A stretch of 64,000 nucleotides of DNA from Oscillospiraceae bacterium (GTDB taxonomy: Bacteria > Bacillota > Clostridia > Oscillospirales > UBA929), in NCBI GenBank assembly GCA_031550325.1, contig JAVBOR010000026.1, positions 5,274 through 69,273 of the forward strand, in the 5' to 3' direction. Shown one piece after another: positions 50,966 to 62,600 of the stretch (within the stretch, counting starts at the first letter, position 1; each line of letters starts with the position of its first letter). The position numbers and the translations under genes were made by a program. Below the pieces are notes generated by a model, which was not told the origin of the DNA, made no database searches, and was given only the letters and a program-made list of their open reading frames with translations.

Positions 50966-51697
50966 GTGGACAACATTGCCGATCGCGTAAGCGCCGTGCG
51001 GGCAAAAGTGGCTGCCGCCGCGCTCAGCGTCGGCCGGGACCCGGCCGAGGTGACTTTTTTGGCCGCGACCAAGGTTCAAACAGTTGACAGAATCCGCGCC
51101 GCCATTGTGGCCGGCGTGGACGCTGTGGGGGAAAACCGCGTGCAGGAAATGCTGGACAAAATGGATGCGTACCGGGGCGTGCCGCTGCACTTCATCGGTC
51201 GTCTGCAGCGCAACAAGGCCAAGTTTGTGGTGGGGCGGGTCGACCTGATTCAGTCCATCGACTCCTTGCAGCTGGCGCAGACGGTCAGCAGGCTGGCCCA
51301 GGAGCGGGAACTTGTTCAGGACGTGCTGGTTGAGGTCAACATCGGCGGGGAGCTCAGCAAGGGAGGGTTTGAACCCGAGGCGCTGCGGGAGGCCGCCATA
51401 CAGGTTGCGCGCCTTGACGCGGTCTGCCTGCGCGGGCTGATGTGTATTCCGCCCTATGGTCTGCCCGAGCACGAACAGGAAATACTATTTTTGAGAATGC
51501 GAGATTTTTTTGTTGACATAAGGCAGAGCATCTGTGATAATACAATTATGGGTTATTCTACACCCAGATCGTTTGATACGCTGTCCATGGGGATGAGTGA
51601 TGACTTTGAACTGGCTGTACGATGCGGCTCCACGCTGGTGCGTGTGGGCAGCGCTGTCTTTGGCCTGCGTCCCGCGGCCGCTGGCCCGGCGGGATAG
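50966..51697 (+). CDS. yggS: YggS/YlmE PLP homeostasis protein
   Basis: AATK, GENRVQE, HFIGRLQRNK, LSMGMSDDF, VRVGSAVFG. Confidence 0.95.
   Translation: MDNIADRVSAVRAKVAAAALSVGRDPAEVTFLAATKVQTVDRIRAAIVAGVDAVGENRVQEMLDKMDAYRGVPLHFIGRLQRNKAKFVVGRVDLIQSIDSLQLAQTVSRLAQERELVQDVLVEVNIGGELSKGGFEPEALREAAIQVARLDAVCLRGLMCIPPYGLPEHEQEILFLRMRDFFVDIRQSICDNTIMGYSTPRSFDTLSMGMSDDFELAVRCGSTLVRVGSAVFGLRPAAAGPAG
51513..51541 (+). promoter_or_regulatory. Internal sigmaA promoter for sepF-divIVA inside yggS
   Basis: TTGACA-N17-GATAAT with TG extension in an AT-rich patch. Confidence 0.65.
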
Positions 51698-51725
51698 AAT
51701 TGTTTGTTGAATTGGGAGGACCATC

Positions 51726-52163
51726 ATGGGTTTTTTGGACGAGCTTAAGAGAATTACAAAACTGACTCCGGAAGATGACGAGGATACCTTTACAGATTTT
51801 ACCCAGCCGGAGCCCCGGTCGCGCGCGGCGGCCAATGAAAGCGGACGGTATCAGGACAAAGTCCTGAACATCCACACAACCACGCAACTGCAGGTTGTGC
51901 TGGTGCAGCCGGAGCACTTTGAAAGCGCCTCGGACATCGCCGACCACCTGCGCGAACGCCGCACCGTGGTGCTGAACCTGGAAAAGGCGCACCGTGACGC
52001 TATCCGCCGTCTGGTTGATTTTCTGTCCGGTGTCGTATACGCGCAGGGCGGGAAGATCAAGCCCGTGGCAAAGAATACATACATCATTACGCCCTACAAT
52101 GTGGACATCATGGGCGGCGATTTGATGGATGAGCTTGAGAGCAACGGCTTTTACGTATTATAG
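51726..52163 (+). CDS. sepF: Cell division protein SepF
   Basis: IADHL, VVLNLE, RRLVDFLSG, ITPYNVDI. Confidence 0.95.
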   Translation: MGFLDELKRITKLTPEDDEDTFTDFTQPEPRSRAAANESGRYQDKVLNIHTTTQLQVVLVQPEHFESASDIADHLRERRTVVLNLEKAHRDAIRRLVDFLSGVVYAQGGKIKPVAKNTYIITPYNVDIMGGDLMDELESNGFYVL

Positions 52164-52259
52164 GGCGCTGCCGGACCGATGTTTAGCAAAGCGCCGCAAA
52201 GGCGCCCGCTTTGCCGGTGAGGCGTGTTTTGCCTTACCGTTTCTGGGGAGGGAATCGAT

Positions 52260-53081
52260 ATGCTGACGCCGCAGGAAGTTCAGGACAAGAAGTTCAAGCA
52301 GGCCTTTGTCGGCGGCTACGACATGGCCTCTGTGGATGATTTTCTGGAGGCGCTGACGCAGGATTATGCACAGCTATATAAAGAAAACGCCGTACTCAAA
52401 AGCAAAATGAAGCTGCTGGTCGGCAAGGTCGAGGAATACCGCAGCAGTGACGACACGATCCGGCAGGCCTATCTGGCCATCAAAAAGCAGGCGGATGAAG
52501 AGCTTCAGACTGCCCGCGAGGAGGCCAGACGCATTGTCGAGGACGCAAGCGGAGAGGCAGGAAGCGTCAAGGGCAAGCTTTCCGATCAGATCAAGCTGGA
52601 GGAGCGCCGCCTGGCGGAGGCCAAAGAGCAGACGGGCGCTTTTGTCGGTGCCCTGCGTGAGCTGTATGCTTCGCAAATGGATAAGTTGAGCTTTATTCCG
52701 CTGATGGAGTTTGTCGATACGCCCAAACAGCGTCGCGAGGAGCAAATGCTGAGCGCCGCGCTGGAGATTGAGCATTCGGTTTCCGAGCAGATCAGGGCTG
52801 CCGAAGCCGAGGAAGAGGACGAGAGCACACAGACCTTTTTGCTGGGTGCCGAAGAGCCGGCGTCAACAGGCGGAGCCGTGACGCAGGAGGCGCTGGAGCA
52901 AAAGCAGGAGGAAATCTTGAACTCGTTTGAGATCAAGTATCCGCCCGGAGCGCTTGGGGAGTACGAGAGCTTCGCGCAGCGCGAGGACGACACCGAGATT
53001 CCGCGCCCGAAGTATGAGTTCCCCGGCATTGAGCTCCAGTTTGGCCACGGCATTGATCAGCAGAAGACTGCAAAAAAGTAA
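52260..53081 (+). CDS. divIVA: DivIVA-domain protein
   Basis: MLTPQEV..F..GGYDMASVDDFL followed by coiled coil. Confidence 0.9.
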   Translation: MLTPQEVQDKKFKQAFVGGYDMASVDDFLEALTQDYAQLYKENAVLKSKMKLLVGKVEEYRSSDDTIRQAYLAIKKQADEELQTAREEARRIVEDASGEAGSVKGKLSDQIKLEERRLAEAKEQTGAFVGALRELYASQMDKLSFIPLMEFVDTPKQRREEQMLSAALEIEHSVSEQIRAAEAEEEDESTQTFLLGAEEPASTGGAVTQEALEQKQEEILNSFEIKYPPGALGEYESFAQREDDTEIPRPKYEFPGIELQFGHGIDQQKTAKK

Positions 53082-53174
53082 GACGACCAATACACGGCAT
53101 GAGAGTTTCGGTCTTTTCGCCGGAGCCTCATGCCCTTTGTTTTTTTTGCAGAAAAACTTGGAAAGAAGGGTTGA

Positions 53175-54137
53175 TTGAATGTCTATGACGGTTTTGCCCT
53201 TGGCGCCGCGCGTGAAGGTGTTCTCATAGACGTCCGGCTGGCGGACCCCTTTGGGAGGGACGGTGAAAAGCTGGCGGCCGGCGCGCACGCAAAATTTGGT
53301 CAAAATGTCGTCAGGTGGCTTGGGAAAGGGTTTACAAAGCCCGACTGGGTCTTCGTCTTTGAAGAGCATGGCGACATCGTCGGGGGCGCTGCCTTTAACG
53401 AGTTTGAGCCCATGGAGCTCTCTGTGCTGGACTTCACGCTGGACGGCGCGTATAAGAGCGACGGAAGCGGCTTGCTCGAAGAAAGCGTCCGGCTTGCGCT
53501 GAGGCCCGGCATGCGCACGGTGGACTATACGCTTTACAACGACACGGCAGATTTTGAGGAGATTCGCGAGATTTTTCTGGCGGCGGGGTTTACCGTGTGC
53601 CAGAATAAGCTCTCCTTTGTGTTTACAAAGGAGAGCCTCGACGAGGTTTCGAGCGCGCTGACCATGAAGCCCTTGACGCAGCTGGACGAAATGACATTCG
53701 TGCAAGCCGTCGCGCGCGTGACCGAGTCGACTCTCGACGGGAAAATGGCTGCCGACGCGCTGCGCTTCGGCGCGCTGGCGGCTGCCCAGACGTATGTCGA
53801 CGGGCTCAGGCGGCTTGACAACCGGCCGGAATGGTGGAAGCTTGCCTGCGACGAACACGGCGAGTTTGTCGGGCTCATCGTTCCGCAAAAGCTTGGGGAG
53901 CGCGTCGGCGCGATCAACTACATAGGCGTCGCGCCCGAAAAGCGCGGGCGCGGATATGTGCTTGAGCTTTTGCGCGAAGGGACGCGCACGCTCCTGAGCG
54001 CCGGTGTGACCAAGGTGATTGCCGATATCGACGTGCACAACGCGCCGATGGACGACGCGCTGCGCAGGGTCGGATACGATTTTGACTGCGAGGAGTGTGT
54101 GTTGGAAAAACGCGTAACGGAAGACGAGGGCATGTAA
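53175..54137 (+). CDS. GNAT-family N-acetyltransferase (tandem domain)
   Basis: YIGVAPEKRGRGY acetyl-CoA motif, DIDVHNAPM. Confidence 0.82.
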   Translation: MNVYDGFALGAAREGVLIDVRLADPFGRDGEKLAAGAHAKFGQNVVRWLGKGFTKPDWVFVFEEHGDIVGGAAFNEFEPMELSVLDFTLDGAYKSDGSGLLEESVRLALRPGMRTVDYTLYNDTADFEEIREIFLAAGFTVCQNKLSFVFTKESLDEVSSALTMKPLTQLDEMTFVQAVARVTESTLDGKMAADALRFGALAAAQTYVDGLRRLDNRPEWWKLACDEHGEFVGLIVPQKLGERVGAINYIGVAPEKRGRGYVLELLREGTRTLLSAGVTKVIADIDVHNAPMDDALRRVGYDFDCEECVLEKRVTEDEGM

Positions 54138-54160
54138 GAATAAAATGGGAGGGTATTGAG

Positions 54161-54466
54161 ATGATCAGACATTTGGTAAGCTGGCGATTTCAGGAGCATC
54201 TGACCGAGGAGCAAAAAGGTGAGTACGCGCTGAGCATTAAAGAGAAGCTGGAGGCGCTTTGCGACGTCATAGAGGGACTCGAGTCGATGAACGTGATTAC
54301 GAAGCCTCTGCCTTCCAGCACCTGCGAAATCATGCTGGAAAGCACGCTGGCCGATCAGGCAGCGCTGGACGCCTATATTAAGCACCCGGATCACCAGAGC
54401 GCTGCGCGCTTCATCAACGAGGTGACAACGGGGAGAAATGTTCTCGATTTTGAAGTCCGGGGATAG
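54161..54466 (+). CDS. Dabb-family (stress-responsive alpha/beta barrel) protein
   Basis: MIRHLVSWRF...LDAYIKHPDHQ...VLDFE. Confidence 0.88.
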   Translation: MIRHLVSWRFQEHLTEEQKGEYALSIKEKLEALCDVIEGLESMNVITKPLPSSTCEIMLESTLADQAALDAYIKHPDHQSAARFINEVTTGRNVLDFEVRG

Positions 54467-54490
54467 CTTCGCTGTCTATCGGGGTTTGAT

Positions 54491-54535
54491 CCACGTAGGG
54501 CCTGCCGACTAAGGCGGCAGGCCCTACGTGGTTTT
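54491..54535 (+). terminator. Intrinsic terminator
   Basis: CCACGTAGGGCCTGCCG/CGGCAGGCCCTACGTGG followed by TTTT. Confidence 0.8.
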
Positions 54536-54663
54536 ACGCAAAGGGACGAGGAACAAACTGCTGAAGTGTCAGACTCGGCGCGGAAACCGATATAGGACGG
54601 GAGTGCGAAACACTTTTTGGAGTGTCCGCGAGGGAACAGGCGCACCGCGGCGGCACACTGTTC

Positions 54664-54692
54664 TTGAAAACTCGGCCATTTTGTGATATAAT
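54664..54692 (+). promoter_or_regulatory. sigmaA promoter
   Basis: TTGAAA-N17-TATAAT with TG extension. Confidence 0.75.
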
Positions 54693-54754
54693 CTGGCTTG
54701 CCACTAATTCGTCGCAGAATCAAAGTGGAGATTCATTTTGAAAGGGTGAGTACT

Positions 54755-56281
54755 TTGAAAGCAACCCTCAAGCGCGTCTTGACACTCGGACTGGCGTTGT
54801 GCCTGTTGGGAGGACTTGCTGCGCCGGCGCTGGCGGCCGAAGAGACGCCTGTTCTGATTTCCGCGCCGCTGCCCGACGTTCTGGTCTTTGCGGGAGAGAA
54901 TGTTGTCGTGTTTGACGATGTCGGCCCGGAGTTTTCCAGTGACGGCGTGGTTATGCTTCCGCTGCGCAAAGTGATGGAGAGTTTGGGCGCAGACGTGGGC
55001 TATGACAACGCCACACGCAAGATTACGGTCAAGCATGGCGGCACAACGGTTTCGTTTGCCATCGGATCCAAAGTGGCCACAGTTTCCAGCGGAGGAAAAA
55101 CAGTTGATTACACGATGGCGGCCGCGCCGATGTATATCTCTGGGCGTACGCTGGTGTCGGGCAGCATGCTGCATGACTGTTTTCAGTTGATGGTGTCTTC
55201 CACAACCGGCATGGTGGCCATAAACGACCTTGGCGCGCTGGCGGCCGAAATTGACAAAGACTACACCATCATGAACAAAATCATGTCTGTCTCCGCCGAT
55301 CCTATGGCAACGTATAAGACAACCGGTACATACAGCGGAAAGGTCTCAGCCGCGCTCCCGAAGGGAGACGGAACAAACGCAAATCTTTCTCTCCCGCTCG
55401 ATGGAACCATTTCGATGACCAATCAGGGCAACAACCTTGCCCTGCAAGCCGCGATGAGCGTCGGACTCGACGGCATCGCGCCGCTGATCCTGGACAAAGA
55501 GTCTCAGGACATGATCGCGTTGATCGCGCCTCTGCTGAAGGACATTAGCGTTCAGGTGCTGTTTAACGAGCAGGGCACGATGTATGTCAGCTGCCCGCTG
55601 CTGATGACCCTCCTGTCCCTCGACGCCGATTGGATCGCCATCGATCTCAAGGAGCTTGGCGTGGACATGTCGCTCATGTCGCCGCAAACCCTTACGTTTG
55701 GCCAGCTGATGGCCATGATCATGGACATGGAGAGCCAAGTTACGTTCATGAACTACGACATGCTGCAAATCATGCTGACGATGTTTGACGGCGTTTGTTC
55801 GGATAAGCGCTTTGTCGTCACCGGGACAACCGCCCAGCCGACGTATACGCTGACCATGACCACCGACAGCCTGATCAGCCTTATTTTGACCTCCGCCAAC
55901 AGCATGCTGCCTGAGGAAGAACAGCTCACAAAGAGCGATATCCTTGCAGATCTGGGCGACTTTACGATGAACATGAAAATGTCCTATACCATCACGGGGG
56001 CGCACACCTACAAGTCGAGCGTTTCGCTTTCCATGTCGCTTGCCGCTGACGGCAACAAAGTGACCATGGATGTTACGGGAACCCAGAACTTGCCCGGCAA
56101 TAGCGCCATGAACCTCACGTTTGCCATTGTGACTCCCGAGATGAACGTCTCTGTTTCGATGAAGTATGACCTGAACGTTGTCGAGACTGAAGAGCTGGCG
56201 ATAACCTCGCCCCCGCCCGGTGCAAAGATTGTGACGATCGAGGAGCTTATCAAGGCGTTGGAGCTCGAGCCTGCCGCCTGA
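54755..56281 (+). CDS. Secreted protein with copper amine oxidase-like N-terminal domain
   Basis: Signal peptide ending APALA; MLPLRKVMESLGADVGYD and APMYISGRTLV motifs. Confidence 0.82.
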   Translation: MKATLKRVLTLGLALCLLGGLAAPALAAEETPVLISAPLPDVLVFAGENVVVFDDVGPEFSSDGVVMLPLRKVMESLGADVGYDNATRKITVKHGGTTVSFAIGSKVATVSSGGKTVDYTMAAAPMYISGRTLVSGSMLHDCFQLMVSSTTGMVAINDLGALAAEIDKDYTIMNKIMSVSADPMATYKTTGTYSGKVSAALPKGDGTNANLSLPLDGTISMTNQGNNLALQAAMSVGLDGIAPLILDKESQDMIALIAPLLKDISVQVLFNEQGTMYVSCPLLMTLLSLDADWIAIDLKELGVDMSLMSPQTLTFGQLMAMIMDMESQVTFMNYDMLQIMLTMFDGVCSDKRFVVTGTTAQPTYTLTMTTDSLISLILTSANSMLPEEEQLTKSDILADLGDFTMNMKMSYTITGAHTYKSSVSLSMSLAADGNKVTMDVTGTQNLPGNSAMNLTFAIVTPEMNVSVSMKYDLNVVETEELAITSPPPGAKIVTIEELIKALELEPAA

Positions 56282-56312
56282 GCAAGCTGGCCTGCGTGTT
56301 TGATCTCTACGC

Positions 56313-56351
56313 CTCGAGCCTGCCACTTTTGCGGCAGGCTCGAGTATTTTT
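56313..56351 (+). terminator. Intrinsic terminator
   Basis: CTCGAGCCTGCC/GGCAGGCTCGAG followed by TATTTTT. Confidence 0.75.
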
Positions 56352-56372
56352 GCAAAGACGCGAGCCCTCCTG

Positions 56373-56592
56373 CGTTTTGCAGACAAAGAGAGCTTTGTCT
56401 GCAAAACGATGATAAAGTGGTCGGCTCTGTGGAGCCTCACAAAGAAAGGCTTTCCCGGAATGAATCCAGGAAAAAGGGTAACAACAACGGTTTCGGAAAT
56501 TCATTTCTCAAAACCGTTTCCCTTCAAACCGCCTCAGCGGTTTGATCCTGCCCCCGCTTTGTCAAAGAACCCTTGGTTCTTTGACAGACTGA
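56373..56592. repeat. Composite palindromic intergenic element (REP/MITE-like)
   Basis: Hairpins at 56373-56408, 56526-56543 and 56560-56586; homologous to 2934-3060 and 31438-31489. Confidence 0.8.
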
Positions 56593-56624
56593 TTGCCCCG
56601 GCGCCGTTTGGCGCCGGGGCAATC
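56591..56624. terminator. Terminator-like hairpin downstream of the giant adhesin
   Basis: GATTGCCCCGGCGCC-GTTT-GGCGCCGGGGCAATC. Confidence 0.7.
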
Positions 56625-56632
56625 TCTTACGT

Positions 56633-59600
56633 TTAGGTACTCTTCTTCTTGCCGAGCAGCACGCCCAGCGCGGTCAATCCGGAACCGATGAGGCCCAACA
56701 GGCCGAGGTTAAAGCCGCCGGTGTACGGCAGGTCGCCCAAGGGGATATCATCTTTAAACTCGTCATCGTCGGGGAGCTCCGGTTCTTCCGGGACAATGGC
56801 GGGGGGCTGAACGGGAATTTCAGGATCGGGGAAGTTGGGTTCAGGTTCGGGTTCAGGTTCGGGTTCGGGGCCGGGAGGTGTGGTCTTTTCGGGTTTGTTG
56901 GTCACAGTGACCGAAGCCTCGTCCTTGTTTTGGTATTCAAGTTTGACGTCGGGGGAGTAGGTCACTGTGTAGCCGGTCGGCAAGGACTCAACCACGCCGT
57001 AGGTATGTCCAAGCGCAAGGCCATCAAACCATCCGGTCCACTGATTCTGTGCGGTGAGCTCGATATGCCTGTCATTCTGAAGCACACCGTCAATGACCAG
57101 GTACACGGTGATGCTGGTGTTGGAGCCGCTGCCGCTCGTCCATTTTTTCACTACGTTCAGTTTGCCCAGCGCATCGGCAAAACGGTTGATGAAGCGGATG
57201 AAGACAGGCGAGCCGGTCTCGTCGGACGAGATGCCGCCCTCAGTGATCAGAGCGTCCTGCATATCGCCGTTGGTGCTCTCAATGTCGCAGCCCTCAAACG
57301 CCTCGGGTGTGTTCTGGGGCTCTTTTTCCTCCACGACATAGGTCGTTCCCAGCGGGAGTCCGCCGATGCTCAGGTACTGATTGTTGGCCAGCGTGAAGGT
57401 GTAGACGCCGTACTCGCTCGTCTGCGTAAAGTTGATGTCACTGAGCGTGAGGTCGACGCGCTGTCCGCTTTCCATGCTATAGGCCGCCAAAGCTTGCAGG
57501 GCGCTCAGGTTAAACGGCGCGGGATTGAGCAGGGAGCCGGGGATGAGCTGGAAGTCTGAGTTATAGTCCACGTATTGTCCATTGTCGAGGGTGTCCTTGA
57601 GGCCGTCGATACGGTTGATTTTATCAACCACGTCCTGCAGTTCCTTTGCGACGGACGCGTATCTCTGTTCTTCGATGACCGCGGGGTCAAGGTTATAGGC
57701 CTCCAGCGCGTCCTGCACGGCCTGATCGATAGCCGCGATGTCCTCGACCTGACCTGCGCCCAGACATTCGCCGCAGAGGGCGCTGACATTGCCGTTTACG
57801 CAGTCGCTGCAAGTGGTGCCGTCCTCATCCAGGAGGCCGTCTCCGCCGCAAACACCGCAGGGTTCCAAAACGGTCGTGGCACCGGTGCACGTCGGGCAGG
57901 TCATCAAGGGGATCAGCGCTTTCGCGCCGGCTGTGATCGACCCGTTCTCATCCACGGTCAGGCGCAGGGTGTCCAGCGCCTGCTGGCAGGCTGCCTGATC
58001 GATGACGATTTCAGCGAGCTCTTTGGCGAGCCGGATTTGCTCCATGGTGAGCGTTTCCGCCGCGGTGGCGAGCTTTGCCAGCTGCTGCTCAATGGCCCAC
58101 TGGATGTACGGGGTGTCTGCCTCGGGCTGGAACAGTTTCAGCGTAAACTCGAACGGAGCGGTCAACAGGGGAGAACCGGGCGAGGCGATGACGCTCTTGG
58201 TCAGGACAATGCTGTTAAAGGGAATGTCGTAGTTTTGCAGGGAGATGACGTCAACCTCGGGACGCAGCTTGGACGTGTCCTCAGAGATCGAGTTGACCAC
58301 GCCGTCCGCGCCGAGAATCCACGGACTGTAGTGAAGCTGCTGGTCGGGCGTCAGGTCTTCGCTCAGACTGTACGTTGTGCCGACGGGAATGCCCGCAATG
58401 GACACAAACGAGTCGTGTTTGACGGAGAAGTTGACGGTCAGCTGGGTGCGCTCGAGATTGAGATCACGGTTGACATCGGGCGCGCCCGATACGGTGAAGT
58501 ACCCGTCAAGAATGTCCTCCGGCCAGGGGAGGCCGGCTGTGGAGAAGAGCACTTTGACGGCAAAGGTTTCGTCTGCGTTAATATTCTCGGCGTCGAAGGA
58601 GAATACGTTCTTGGTAATTTCCAGAGCGCCGGTACGGCGAGTGTTGGTGACGACGCAGTGGCTGGTCGACTGATCGGCAATGACGCCGCTTTCACGCGCG
58701 AACCCTGGGGTGTAATAGTGGTTGCCAGGATTTTCGGTGATCTTGTAGCCGATTCCCGCGGGAATCTGCTCGATGGAACCGGTTTGTCCGGCCTTCAGGG
58801 TCAGCACAACGCGCTTGTTCTGCGTGTCCAGAACCCCGCCGGTAATTTGTGACGCTGTGAGGAACAGGCTCGGGTCGATGATGGCGCCGTTGTCCGAGAA
58901 GGTGACGTAGAAAACATAGTCCTCGGCGTCAAACTCGGGCCCGCTGATTTGTTTGGTCAGATCCAGGCCGCCCGTGAGGCGCTTGTTGGTGAAGACAAAC
59001 GAGAGGCCGGGGAAGCTGGATGCGGACTTGTCGCCCATGGTGGCGGTGAAAGTGGGGCTTGCCGAGGCGTTTATCAGCGTCTGTGCGCTGCCCTGCACGT
59101 CGGAGATGTTTCCGCCGATAATCGTGTACTGGAAGCTTTCGCCTGCAATGCTTTGGAGCGTGTATGTCGGGGGAACGCCGATTTCGGTTACGGTGTAAGT
59201 TTCCAGGGTGTCGAGGCCAGTAAAGGTGGCCACCTGTCCGGCGGAAAGAGAGAACTCACCGTTTTGTCCGGTGGGGAAGCTGCCGGGCAGACCGTCGATC
59301 GTGTAGCTGATGGGGAAGGACAGGCTGTCGCCGGCGATTTGGAATGAGAAGACATCCTGCGGACTGGCGTATCCATCCACTGCTTTTGCCACGCGGAGAA
59401 TGCCGCCGTCCTTGCTGTAGGAGTTTTCGCAGATGACGCTGACGCTGGTCTGGTCGGTGACCTCAAAACTGATTGTCCGGTTGGCGGGGGAGACCGGTTC
59501 GTCCTGTCCTACCTTGAAGCTTGTGCCGAGGTAGGTAAACCGTGTAATGTCGGGCGGAGTCAGTTCGGTCAGCGAGTAGGTTCCGATGGGAAGGCGGTTG

Positions 59601-62600
59601 TTGATGTAGCTCAGGCCGCTGGCGTTAAGCGTGATCGTCAGCACGTTCGTGCCGTTGTCGCCGCCTGTCCAGTCTGCCGGGCCGGTGAGCGTGAAGATAA
59701 ACGAAGCGGTGCCGAGATCCTGTCCGGAGAGATCGCCGCCAAGGTCCTTCTGGAGCTCGAAGCCGGCGCTTTTGGCCACGTACGTGTTGACAAAGTTGGC
59801 CTCGGCCACAGTTCCGCCCACAGAGAGCGTGGTTGTGCTGCCGGTGCCGCCGTTGACGGTTGTACTCAGGCGGTACTGCGCGTTGGCGGCTGAGGAGTTC
59901 TCGGAAACTGTGTACATGCCGCCCGGAAGGTCACTCAGCAAGAGGGAGGGCGCTGCGCTGGTCAATGTGACTGTGTAGCCGCCTGTGCCGGACGGAGTAA
60001 GGCCGGAGCCTGTCCAGTCGGCGGGGCCAATGACGGTAAAGTCATAGCTCCAGGTTGTCGCGCCGAGCTCATCGTCTGCGCCAATCGCTTTGGTGATGAG
60101 CAGCGAGCCGGTCTGCCGTGTATAGGTGTTTACAAAAGAGAGCGTGGAGCCTGTCGCGCCGGAGAGCGTCGTCGGTGCGCCGGCGTCGACGCGTATGAAA
60201 CCGGCCACGGTCTGGTTGCTTTCCACCACAACATAAGTTCCTGTGGGAAGCCCTTTGAAAACGGCCGTTTCGCCGTCACCCAGCAAAAACTGTCCGTCGG
60301 CGTTGGTTGTGGCCGAATCGGCGGCGCTGTGGTTTTTCACCAGGTTTGCCGGGGCTATGGAACCAGCGTACAGTGTAAAGGTGAAGCTTTTATCAACGGG
60401 GAAGCCCGAAGAGGCGGGGGCATTGACGGTCTTGTTAACCGTCAGATCGCCGGTTTGTCGGGTATAGGTGTTGGTCACGGTGATCGTGGGCGTGCTGTCC
60501 AGCGTCACGGAGGCGCTGGCGTCAGTGGGACTCTGAGTCACGACGAGCTGATAGCTGGTCGGCGTTTGGGGCGTTGTTTCGACAACAAGGTATGTTCCCA
60601 CGAGAAGCCCCGTAAACTTCGCGGTCTCGCTTGCTTTCAGCGTGAACTTGCCGCCGGCGTCCGTGGTGAGAGGCTGTCCCGACTGAATCGTGTAGATCTG
60701 ATTCGCGGCGGGGACGTTGCCGCCCGTTTCCACGCGGTACAGGGTAAACTCATAGGAGGCGCCCGAATCGGGGAAGGTCTCCCAGGCGGGTACGCCGTTT
60801 GTGACGACGGTCTTTTTGACGTTGAGCGAGCCCGTCTTATAGGTGAAGGTGTTGGTAAACTCAAAGCTTATGCTCGAAACTGATGCGGTGATGGACTGGC
60901 TCTGCGCGGCGGGAAGGGTGAAGCTGACATCCGCTGGAATGGTCAGGCCGGTGCTCTCCTCGGTCACCGCGTACTGGCCCGCGAGAACTGACGCAAAGGT
61001 GGCGGTCTGGCCGGGCAGCAGCGCGAAGGTGCCCTGCGCGCTGGTGATTCCCGAGCCGGTGGGATTGGCCAGCGTAAACGCCTGGCCGCTCAGCGGGGTC
61101 GATCCGCGCGCGATCTTGAAGGTGAAGCTCTGTCCGGCAAACGCGGCGGCGGCATTGCCGGCAAGCGCGTTCTTTTTGACCGTCAGCGTGCCTGTGGCGT
61201 GCGTGTTGGTGAACAAAGCGGTTTTGGTGGCCGTGGTGACCGTGCCGCTGGTGTCGGATGAGGTGGTGGTGTAATTGTTGTTTGTAGTCTCTGCAAAGGA
61301 GAAGGACACGCCGATCGGCACGTTGCTGAAGGTGGCGGTCTCGCCGTTTTTCAGCGTGAAGGTACCGGAGGCGGAGGTCTTGTATGTGTTTGATCCGACC
61401 GTGTAATCCTTATTGGCCCAAACGGTGTTGTTGACCTTGACGGTAAAGGTGAAGGAGTCGCCGACGTCCGTTCCGGACACGATCTTCTTTACCGAGATGA
61501 TGCCGGTCGTCTTGCGTTTGTTGGTGCACTCCACCGTAACGGTGCCGCTTTCGGAAACAGTTCCGATTTGGTTTGTGAAGCTCGGATCATATTCGCTGTC
61601 GGCCTGTTCGGTGACCGCGTAGGTTGTCCCTGCGGGGATGCCGGAAATATCGACGGATTTTCCGCCTGTGGAGCCCTTGAGCGTGAAGGTGAGGGTTTTG
61701 CGGTCGGCGCTCCAGGAAAAGCTATCTGCGCCGGTCACGGTGGCTGTCGCGGGCACCGCTGTGCCGAAGGTCACGGTGAAGGAAAAGATCTTGTCGGGAT
61801 CACCATAGCTGTCCAGCTTTTTCGTGACTTTTAATTTGCCGACTTTCAGCGCGTAGCTGTTTGTAAAGGTCAGCTTGGAGCCGCTCGAGAGTGTACCTGT
61901 GGCGGTGGCGCCAGACTGGGAGGAACCCGAGCCAAGAACATATGTGGTGGTGCGCGTGTAGCCCGTCAGTTCGGCGGAACTGGTGAGCTCTTTCACCGTA
62001 TAGACTCCGGCGGGAAGACCGGTCAGCGTGATCGACGTCTTTGCTTTGGTCAGCGTAAACTTGTATGTAGTGCCGCTGACAAACGTCAGGCCTGTAGCGC
62101 CTGTCCAGCCCGTAGGGCCGGTGATTTCAAAGTCGATTCCGTTGGGGAAGTTATCCCATGTGGCGCCGGAAAGCAGCTTTTCAATTTCGAGGGAGAGCGT
62201 TTTGCGCAAATTGGTAAAGGTGATGAGACCCGCGGTCTGGTTATTGGGAACCGAAACAGTTGAGTTCGCGCTTCCAAGATTGACCGCCCCGCCGGTGATA
62301 GAGTCCAGCGTGTAGCTTGTGTTGGCGGTTTCCGTCACGATGACGCTCGCGCCGGCCGGGAGTCCGGCAATGGTCACGACGTCGTTGTGTTTGATCCCCG
62401 AAATGATGCCGTTGGTCGTGCTGTAGGACGACGAGTTAACCGTGTAGCTTCCTGAGTACAGCGCGCCGTCCACCCTGACGGTAAAGGAGAAGGTGTCGCC
62501 CGAGTCAAGGCCGGTGACCAGCTTTTTGAACTGTATGGCGCCCTTCTGGCGTGTGTATTTGTTGGTGACGGTGGCTTCGCTCTGGCCGTTGTTCGCCACC

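Noticed and set aside
56838-56872. (GGTTCA/GGTTCG)n tandem repeat
   Set aside because: Encodes the Pro-Glu cell-wall spacer of the adhesin; ordinary
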